Under the pieces are notes generated by a model that did no database searches, was not told the origin of the DNA, and saw only the letters and a program-made list of their open reading frames with translations. The translations under genes and the position numbers were made by a program. A stretch of 64,000 nt of DNA from Parcubacteria group bacterium Gr01-1014_20 (GTDB lineage: Bacteria > Patescibacteriota > Minisyncoccia > UBA6257 > 2-01-FULL-56-20): positions 198 to 64,197 of the forward strand of contig VMFW01000005.1 in NCBI GenBank assembly GCA_007376265.1, read 5' to 3'. Of the stretch, positions 56,922 through 64,000 are shown in pieces. Position 1 is the first letter of the stretch; the number at the start of each line of letters is the position of its first letter.

Positions 56922-58583
56922 GTGAATAGATTAAGAAAAATATTTTTTGCTTTCACGCGAAAAGAAAAAACGACTTTTCTGGTCGCTTTTTTTATTTTCT
57001 CTATAAGTTCGATTGTGATCGGGGTAACGGTTTTTAAGGCATCGACAAAACCAGTGCCAGCAAGTGGCGGAGAGTATACCGAGGGAATTTTAGGACAACC
57101 GGTTTTCATTAATCCTGTAATAGCAACGAGTGAGGTGGATAAGAGTTTGGTTCGTCTTTTGTTTAGCAACCTCGAAGTGATGACTACAAAAATAGAGGGC
57201 GCCGAAGACGGAAAAACCTGGAGGATCCGCCTTAAAGAAGACATGCTTTGGTCGGATGGAGAGAAAATTACGAGTGACGATGTTATTTTTACCATAGAGA
57301 AGGTACAGGACCCAGGAGCCGGTTCGCCGATCGCCTCAGGGTGGAGGGGCGTAAGAGCTGAGCGTTTGAGCGAACTAGAGTTTCAGGTTTTCATGACTGA
57401 ACCATATGCGTTTTTCAAGACAAACTTAGAGAGTCTTTATGTTTTACCGAGACACATCTTCAAGGACGTGCCTTCACCGAATTGGAAGATTTCCGACTAC
57501 AATCTGAAACCAATCGGGAGCGGTCCTTTTAGGTTTGTTGGTTTTAACAAGCGAGAGGATGGCTTTATTCAAAGCTATCACCTCACAGTCAATGAAAAGT
57601 ACGTGGCGGAGAAAGCTCTAATTCAGGATTTCTTCATTAGGTTTTTTACCGATCCAGAGGAAATGGTCGGAGAATTTAATAAGGGCCAAATTGACGGGGT
57701 GGCCAGTCTGCCCTTTGGAATGCTTCAGCAGATAAAAAGGAGTCACGAGCTTGTGACCTATCGTTTGGCAAGTTACTATGCGGTTTTCATTAACCAGAGT
57801 CGAAATTTGGCTTTACGGGAAGCAGATGTAAGGAGGGCGCTCGATTTGGCTACCCCAAAACAAAGAATGGTGAGTGAAATTTTTGGGGATCGCGCCAAAA
57901 CAGAAGGTGGCCCAATTCCTCCGGGAATAAACTTCTACAGTTCGGTAGTTCAGGGAGAAGAAAATCCGGATTTAGCTATAAAGATTCTTGAGGGGGCGGG
58001 TTGGAAAATCAACTTGGATGAAGCTTCTGTGCCGGGCGCTCGAGTTAGAGAGAAGGTTATTAGCAAGGCGCGAGTCAAGCTCGAAGTGAACATGATTGTT
58101 CCTCAAATTCCATTTTTAATGCAGACCGCCCAGATTATTCAGGAGGGCTGGGAAGGGGTAGGAGTAAAAGTAAACCCGATTATCGTTTCGCCGGAAGAGG
58201 TAGTGGGGAATGTGATTAAAAACCGAGACTATGAGATGATTGTGTTTGGAAATGTTTTGAACTCTAACTCTGACCTTTTCCCATTTTGGCACTCTTCCCA
58301 AAGATTCTCACCAGGCTTGAATTTGGCACTCTATAATAGTAAGAAGGCAGATGGGCTAATGGAGGCGATAAGGTCTAACGAGGGGGGACGGGAGGAAAAT
58401 TTTCAGAAACTCCAGGAGATAATTTCGACTGAATATCCGGCGGTGTTTCTCTACTCTCCAGACTACCTTTATATATCAAATCGGAATTTAAAGGGCGCTG
58501 AAACAAGTTTTATTGCTGACCCAGCCGACCGGCTAAAGAACGTGAGTGGGTGGCACCTCAAAACAGCTCGGGTGCTCAAGTAA
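56922..58583 (+). CDS. ABC transporter substrate-binding protein, family 5 (peptide/nickel)
   Basis: GGEYTEG..GQP..INP, WSDG..ITSDDVIFT, PIGSGPF, FWHSSQ. Confidence 0.9.
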   Translation: MNRLRKIFFAFTRKEKTTFLVAFFIFSISSIVIGVTVFKASTKPVPASGGEYTEGILGQPVFINPVIATSEVDKSLVRLLFSNLEVMTTKIEGAEDGKTWRIRLKEDMLWSDGEKITSDDVIFTIEKVQDPGAGSPIASGWRGVRAERLSELEFQVFMTEPYAFFKTNLESLYVLPRHIFKDVPSPNWKISDYNLKPIGSGPFRFVGFNKREDGFIQSYHLTVNEKYVAEKALIQDFFIRFFTDPEEMVGEFNKGQIDGVASLPFGMLQQIKRSHELVTYRLASYYAVFINQSRNLALREADVRRALDLATPKQRMVSEIFGDRAKTEGGPIPPGINFYSSVVQGEENPDLAIKILEGAGWKINLDEASVPGARVREKVISKARVKLEVNMIVPQIPFLMQTAQIIQEGWEGVGVKVNPIIVSPEEVVGNVIKNRDYEMIVFGNVLNSNSDLFPFWHSSQRFSPGLNLALYNSKKADGLMEAIRSNEGGREENFQKLQEIISTEYPAVFLYSPDYLYISNRNLKGAETSFIADPADRLKNVSGWHLKTARVLK

Positions 58584-58601
58584 CGATCGGGTAAAAAAGT
58601 T

Positions 58602-58631
58602 TTGACAAAGGTTCAAAATAAGTCATACAAT
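58602..58631 (+). promoter_or_regulatory. sigma70 promoter (TTGACA-18-TACAAT)
   Basis: TTGACA 58602-58607 and TACAAT 58626-58631 upstream of the DksA-like gene. Confidence 0.65.
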
Positions 58632-58645
58632 ACCTCCATAAATTA

Positions 58646-58987
58646 ATGTCACTCACAAAAGAAGAGATAAAAAAATACGAACAGAAACTCGAAGAAGAGA
58701 GGGAAAAGTTGCTCAGAGAAATTCAGGATCATGAGAAAGCGGTAGATCTGGGTAATGATATCGACAGCGAAGAGGAGGAGGCCGACGAGGCCGAAGAAAC
58801 CGGAAATCAGCTGGCTATTAGTCGAGCGCTTAGAGATCGGCTAAGTGAAATAGATGAGGCCTTAGAGAGCGCTCGGGGTGGTAGATACGGCCTCTGTAAA
58901 AATTGTGGGAAAGATATTTCCAAGGAAGTTCTGAATATTGTGCCAGAATCACGACTTTGCAAAGCTTGCAAACAAAAAGGGTTGTGA
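58646..58987 (+). CDS. TraR/DksA C4 zinc-finger protein
   Basis: Acidic coiled coil (EADEAEE), GRYGLCKNCG..I...L..VPESRLCKAC. Confidence 0.9.
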   Translation: MSLTKEEIKKYEQKLEEEREKLLREIQDHEKAVDLGNDIDSEEEEADEAEETGNQLAISRALRDRLSEIDEALESARGGRYGLCKNCGKDISKEVLNIVPESRLCKACKQKGL

Positions 58988-59033
58988 GTGGAGAGCGAAA
59001 ATAGGTTAAAGAGGAAAAACTACCTCATATTTC

Positions 59034-60560
59034 ATGCTCAAGAATTTGGCTAAGGTTTATTCGGCCGAATTGGAAGGAATCACGTCCAGGCTAATCGAGG
59101 TGGAGGTCGACTTAAATGTCGGCCTTCACGCTTTTAATATTGTGGGTTTGGCGGACAAGGCGCTAAATGAGGCCAGAGAAAGAGTAAACTCGGCGCTTAA
59201 AAATTCTGGCGTAAAGCCACCGAACCGGGAAAACAGAAAAATTACGATCAATCTGGCCCCGGCCGATGTCAAAAAAACCGGCTCACAATATGATCTCGCT
59301 ATAGCCGTCGGATATCTCCTCGCAACCGGACAAATTAAAAGCTTTGAGTCGGGAAACAAAATTTTCCTGGGAGAATTGGCGCTCGACGGAAAGCTTAGGC
59401 CAATAAGCGGAGCGTTGAACGCTGCAGAGATGGCCGGTGAGGCAGGGTTTGAGTATTTGATCCTCCCGGCCGAAAACGCCAACGAAGCGGCGGTCATCAA
59501 AAACATAAAGGTGATCCCGGTCGAAACTCTGGGACAAGCAATTGAATTTTTGGAAGAAAGAAGAAACATTTCGGCCGCAACTTTTACCGCCGCCAAGAAA
59601 AAAGACGCGGACGTGCCGGACTTTTCTGAAATCAAAGGCCAGGAGAACGCGAAACGCGCGATGACAATTGCCGCAGCGGGAGCCCACAATCTCTTCATGA
59701 TCGGCCCCCCGGGGGTGGGGAAAAGCTTATTGGCGCAGGCGTTGGTTGGAATCCTGCCAGATTTGACACTCGAAGAATCGATTGAGATCACGAAGATCTA
59801 CAGCGCGACGGGCTTAAACCACGAGGGCCTGGTTCATAAACGTCCGTTTCGATCCCCCCACCAAACAGCTTCCCTTGTGGCGGTGGTTGGCGGAGGAACT
59901 AATCCCCGCCCGGGAGAAATTAGTTTGGCTCACCGGGGAATTTTATTCCTAGACGAAGTGCCCGAGTTCCAAAAAAATGTTCTAGAATCGCTGAGGCAGC
60001 CGCTCGAGTCGGGATTAGTTAATGTCGCCCGAATTAGGGGAACGCTCCAATTCCCGGCAAAATTTTCGCTCGTGGCCGCGATGAATCCCTGTCCCTGCGG
60101 ATTTTATGGGGACGACGAAAAAGAATGCCGTTGTTCGGCTTACGAAGTGATTAGGTACCAAAAGAAAATTTCCGGACCACTTTTGGACCGGATTGATTTG
60201 CAGATTAGAGTGCCGAAGGTGAAAATATCAGAGCTTCGAAAAAATCGGATCGGAGGGGGTGAGAGCGAGGGCGTAAAGGCTTCGGTTGAGATGGCGAGAA
60301 GAGCTCAGGCAAAAAGATTCGAGGGCATGAGAATAAGAACAAATTCCGAGATGAGCGCTAAGCAAACCGAAGAGATGGTTAAACTCGAACCAGCGGCAGA
60401 GAATTTTTTAAAAACTTTGGACAAAACTCGGCTGTCGCCTCGCGGCTATTACCGCTTACTCAAAACCTCAAGAACAATTGCGGATTTAGAAGAAAAAGAA
60501 ACAGTTTCGTTGGAAAATTTAGCCGAAGCTTTTAGCTATCGCCTTCGAGAAGAAGTTTAA
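59034..60560 (+). CDS. comM: YifB/ComM Mg-chelatase-like AAA+ ATPase
   Basis: VGLAD, INLAPAD, GPPGVGKS, PGEISLAHRGILFLDE, AMNPCPCG, SGPLLDRID. Confidence 0.93.
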   Translation: MLKNLAKVYSAELEGITSRLIEVEVDLNVGLHAFNIVGLADKALNEARERVNSALKNSGVKPPNRENRKITINLAPADVKKTGSQYDLAIAVGYLLATGQIKSFESGNKIFLGELALDGKLRPISGALNAAEMAGEAGFEYLILPAENANEAAVIKNIKVIPVETLGQAIEFLEERRNISAATFTAAKKKDADVPDFSEIKGQENAKRAMTIAAAGAHNLFMIGPPGVGKSLLAQALVGILPDLTLEESIEITKIYSATGLNHEGLVHKRPFRSPHQTASLVAVVGGGTNPRPGEISLAHRGILFLDEVPEFQKNVLESLRQPLESGLVNVARIRGTLQFPAKFSLVAAMNPCPCGFYGDDEKECRCSAYEVIRYQKKISGPLLDRIDLQIRVPKVKISELRKNRIGGGESEGVKASVEMARRAQAKRFEGMRIRTNSEMSAKQTEEMVKLEPAAENFLKTLDKTRLSPRGYYRLLKTSRTIADLEEKETVSLENLAEAFSYRLREEV

Positions 60561-60613
60561 TGGTATTAGGAAAATTTAGAACAAACTAGGGGGCTCGCTT
60601 TCGTGGTTCGAAA

Positions 60614-61366
60614 CTATTTTACAAAAGGATTCGCTGCGCCTAGAACCTCAAAGTGGAGGTGGCAGCCAGTGACGCCGTGAACGTTGCCGGTCGATCCCAT
60701 CACGCCAATTTTTTGTCCTTGTTTTACAAAGTCCCCAACCTCGACTGAGGTTTTTTCAAGGTGGGCATAGCGAGTCTTTGCGCCGCTTGGATGTTCAACC
60801 AAGACGAAACTGCCGTAACCTCCATTCCAGCCGGTTTCACCGTCGGGATAGTTTTTGTCTGGTACGACTAAGCCTTCGGCGGAAGCAAGAACGATGGTGC
60901 CGCAGGAATTGGCAATATCGACGGCGTTATTCCCGTGAACTTTACCAAAATTGTAACCTTGGGCGGGCTTAGTAAAGTAGTCCCTAGAGCGAATCAAGTC
61001 GGGGCCGGCTGGGCTTAGGGCTTCCTCTGTCTCATCTTGATCCGGAGTGATGGTGGCACCCAGGATGCCCATATCGGTAAAATAATCTGGTTGGACAATT
61101 AAATCTGGCTTGCCAGAGGCAACTGTGGCTTCTCCATTAAGGAGGGCGAGAGAAAAGGAGGGGTTGGAGTTGTTCAAGTCAGGATTGTTTGAAACCGGGC
61201 CACCCAAAACACCCCCCTGGCCATTAGTTCTGGCGCGGAGGCCACTTAACGCCAAAAGGCCCAGGATTAGCAAAAAAACAGCCACCCCAGGTGACTTTTT
61301 GTCTTTATTTACTTGAGCTAGAATGGTACGAATACATTCAATCTTAGCAGAACCATGGAAATTCAC
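60614..61366 (-). CDS. M23-family peptidase with N-terminal anchor
   Basis: HGNNAVD, GWNGGYG, YAHL, GSTG...TGCHLHFE; true start probably downstream of 61366. Confidence 0.88.
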   Translation of the reverse strand: MNFHGSAKIECIRTILAQVNKDKKSPGVAVFLLILGLLALSGLRARTNGQGGVLGGPVSNNPDLNNSNPSFSLALLNGEATVASGKPDLIVQPDYFTDMGILGATITPDQDETEEALSPAGPDLIRSRDYFTKPAQGYNFGKVHGNNAVDIANSCGTIVLASAEGLVVPDKNYPDGETGWNGGYGSFVLVEHPSGAKTRYAHLEKTSVEVGDFVKQGQKIGVMGSTGNVHGVTGCHLHFEVLGAANPFVK

Positions 61367-63196
61367 AAGTCGGGTATCCCCAAACTAAACCCAGATCAAG
61401 AAAGGGCGGTAAAGGCCCCTGATAAGCCGATCCTGATTGTGGCAGGCGCGGGAACGGGCAAAACGAGAACCCTAACCAGTCGGTTGACCTGGCTCATAGA
61501 ACGTGGGGTCCGACCCGGTAAAATTTGCGCTCTCACTTTTACAAACAAGGCGGCGAGAGAGATGGCGGAGAGGGTGGCAAACAACGAAACGCAAAACGTA
61601 AAGTATGGACGAGCTCACGACACGCGGTTTGCCGATGACGCTTTGCCGTTTATTGGGACCTTCCATTCTTTGGGGGTAAAAATTCTTCGAGAAAACGCTC
61701 ATCTTGTCGGTCGGAAGCCCAATTTTGTGATTTTCGACGCCGATGATGCGTTTAGACTGATCAAAAAAGCGATGAAGGACTTCTTGGGAGACCGCAAAGA
61801 TTTCAAACCGGCAGATGTTTACGGAAAAATTTCAGGCGTAAAGAATGGGATGACGGACAGAAAAGATCTATTGGGGATGCCCGGGGGTGACAACAAGATT
61901 TTCTCCGAGATTTACCGACACTACGAGGACAGACTTTTGAAAAACAACGCCTTCGACTTTGACGACTTGATCTTAAAGACGGTCGAGATCTTGAGAGATA
62001 ACCCCAAGGCGCTTGAGCGTTATCATGAGCGTTACTCTCACTTTCTGGTTGATGAATATCAAGACATTAATAATGTCCAGTATGAATTGGTGCGGCTTTT
62101 AGCGGGGAAAAACTCAAACTTAAGCGTAGTGGGAGATCACAACCAAACGATTTACACCTGGCGCGGGTCGAATTTGGGGGTTTTTTTAAACTTTAGTCGA
62201 GACTGGCCCGGAGGAGAGGCGTGCTTCCTTGGAGAAAACTACCGATCGACCGCCAATATACTCGCGGCCGCATCAGCTATCATCAAAAACACCCGAAAAC
62301 CCGAAGGGATTGAATCAGATCGGCTCTGGACTAAAAAAGCGGTTGGGGGGCGAGTAAAAATTGTTGAGTTTCCTCATGAATTTGCCGAGGCCAACTGGAT
62401 TGCAGGAGAAATTAGCTCTGGACTTAAGGGTCTCGGACAAAAAGGATCGTTGGTGGCTGTCCTCTACAGGACAAACGCCCAATCGAGGGCGATTGAACAA
62501 GCGCTAATAGAAAATGGGGTCCCTTATCAAATATTCGGGGGGATAAGGTTTTATGAGCGGAGGGAAATTAAGGATATACTCGCCGCATTAAGGCTCATCT
62601 CAAACCCGGGAGACGAGCTAGCGGAGGAGAGGCTTCTCAAAGCATTCCGGAAAGCCCGTTTTGCCGAGCTAAAAAGAGCCCTAAATAGACTCGAAGCCAC
62701 CTCACCGGCACCGCTCATCACGGCCTTTATCGAAGCAACGGCCTATTTTGACTATATAGATAGGAACCTAACTAACCCGGAGGACCGAAAGGAGAACATC
62801 GCCGAACTCTTATCCTTCGCCCAGGGGTTTAAGACGCTCGAGGATTTCTTGGAAAAAGTGAGCTTGCTCCAAACAACCGACCCAGTCACGAAGCACAAGA
62901 TAGCATCCGTGAACTTGATGACAATTCATCTTGCGAAGGGGCTCGAGTTTGATCGGGTTTTTGTCGCGGGAGCGAATGAGGGGGTTTTGCCTCATCATCG
63001 ATCCATGGACAATGCGGAACAGCTTGAGGAAGAAAGAAGGCTCATGTATGTGGCAATGACGCGAGCCAAGAGTGATCTATGCCTTTCCTTTTACGATTTG
63101 CCGTCGCGATTTCTTTCGGAAATCCCGAGCGATATTGTAGAGTTTAACGGCGGGAGAAGCTTTGATGATGAGGAGCGGTATATCACACTGGACTAA
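61355..63196 (+). CDS. pcrA: UvrD/PcrA ATP-dependent DNA helicase
   Basis: AGAGTGKT, TFTNKAA, VDEYQD, ENYRST, MTIH.AKGLEF, EERRLMYVAMTRA. Confidence 0.95.
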   Translation: MEIHKSGIPKLNPDQERAVKAPDKPILIVAGAGTGKTRTLTSRLTWLIERGVRPGKICALTFTNKAAREMAERVANNETQNVKYGRAHDTRFADDALPFIGTFHSLGVKILRENAHLVGRKPNFVIFDADDAFRLIKKAMKDFLGDRKDFKPADVYGKISGVKNGMTDRKDLLGMPGGDNKIFSEIYRHYEDRLLKNNAFDFDDLILKTVEILRDNPKALERYHERYSHFLVDEYQDINNVQYELVRLLAGKNSNLSVVGDHNQTIYTWRGSNLGVFLNFSRDWPGGEACFLGENYRSTANILAAASAIIKNTRKPEGIESDRLWTKKAVGGRVKIVEFPHEFAEANWIAGEISSGLKGLGQKGSLVAVLYRTNAQSRAIEQALIENGVPYQIFGGIRFYERREIKDILAALRLISNPGDELAEERLLKAFRKARFAELKRALNRLEATSPAPLITAFIEATAYFDYIDRNLTNPEDRKENIAELLSFAQGFKTLEDFLEKVSLLQTTDPVTKHKIASVNLMTIHLAKGLEFDRVFVAGANEGVLPHHRSMDNAEQLEEERRLMYVAMTRAKSDLCLSFYDLPSRFLSEIPSDIVEFNGGRSFDDEERYITLD

Positions 63197-63234
63197 AAAC
63201 TAGGGATCATGAATCACGTAACACGTAACAGAAA

Positions 63235-64000
63235 ATGAGACAAAAACTGGGACAACATTTTTTAAAGAATAAATCGGCGATTAAAAAAATTGCCGGGGCT
63301 TTAGATTTTAAACCCGGAGACACAATAATTGAAATCGGACCCGGGCACGGAGAGTTGACTCAAGAGCTGGCGATTCTAACCCACAAGATGAGATTGGTGA
63401 TGATTGAAAGAGATGAAAACTTAGTTGGCGAACTGAAAACAAAATTTTCGGAGATGGAGAATGTTGAGGTGTTGGCCGGCGACGCGCTCGAAGTTTTACC
63501 GGGGGTTATCTCTAACTTAAAATCCACAAACTATAAACTGGTCGGGAATATCCCCTACTACATCACTGGAAAACTTTTTAGGCTTTTGAGTGACGCGATA
63601 AACAAACCGTCGCTCTCGGTCTTCACAATTCAATTAGAAGTGGCGGAAAGAATGACTGCCGTGCCACCAAAGATGAATCGACTCGCGGCCATAATACAGC
63701 TGTGGGCCGAGCCGTCGATAATAATGGGGCTTTCGCGGAATGATTTCTCTCCGGCGCCGGAGGTGGATTCGGCGGTCGTAAAGTTAAAGGTTAAAGATGA
63801 AAATTTAAGAACCAACGGGGGGGATTACTATAAAATGGTTAGGATTCTGTTCCAACAGCCGAGGAAAACTGTCTTGAATAATTTAGCGGAAATCCTGCCG
63901 GATAAAGAAAAGATCACCCTTATGCTCGCGGGCTTGGGGATAGATGGTAAAAACCGGCCGCAGGACCTGGGAGTTGAAGAAATCCTTGAAATTGCTCGAA
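63235..64000 (+). CDS. rsmA: 16S rRNA m6,2A dimethyltransferase RsmA/KsgA (partial, runs off window end)
   Basis: Not in ORF track. MRQKLGQHFL, IEIGPG.GELT, VGNIPYYIT, F.PAPEVDSAV, F.QPRK. Confidence 0.95.
   Translation, partial: MRQKLGQHFLKNKSAIKKIAGALDFKPGDTIIEIGPGHGELTQELAILTHKMRLVMIERDENLVGELKTKFSEMENVEVLAGDALEVLPGVISNLKSTNYKLVGNIPYYITGKLFRLLSDAINKPSLSVFTIQLEVAERMTAVPPKMNRLAAIIQLWAEPSIIMGLSRNDFSPAPEVDSAVVKLKVKDENLRTNGGDYYKMVRILFQQPRKTVLNNLAEILPDKEKITLMLAGLGIDGKNRPQDLGVEEILEIAR

Overview
Bacterial chromosomal window using the standard genetic code (several genes end in TGA). Gene content and style suggest Patescibacteria/CPR, Parcubacteria-like; this is inference from the long-form ThyX, compact core genes, apparent leaderless starts and 7-nt periodic microrepeats. 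Layout: (1) 1-3.5 kb: partial thyX, then a patch of short orphan genes plus rlpA, most with their own sigma70 promoter, SD and terminator; (2) 3.6-7.9 kb: groEL-groES under a perfect CIRCE, trxB-like, SPW, zinc-ribbon and DsbA genes; (3) about 7.9-52.9 kb: a ~45 kb surface-glycan locus with a priming phosphoglycosyltransferase, Wzx, nine glycosyltransferases, four methyltransferases, two O-antigen-ligase-family proteins and several rare nucleotide-sugar modules; (4) 52.9-64 kb: rny with an upstream 6S-like structured RNA candidate, gpmI, holin-like gene, secG, ABC substrate-binding protein, DksA/TraR, YifB/ComM, M23 peptidase, UvrD/PcrA and partial rsmA. The most striking item is a contiguous nine-gene cassette (17.8-25.3 kb) whose enzyme families match the GDP-octose (C8 sugar) module of lincomycin biosynthesis, with an SDR in place of the aminotransferase, sitting in a cell-surface glycan locus. 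Its last gene carries two deletions. A Campylobacter-type GDP-heptose module, two ThDP-dependent carboligase pairs and a probable reductase-only Fcl paralog beside a sugar C-methyltransferase point to further branched or higher-carbon sugars. No rRNA, tRNA, CRISPR array, integrase or transposase was seen. All family calls come from motif recognition by eye, not from database searches.
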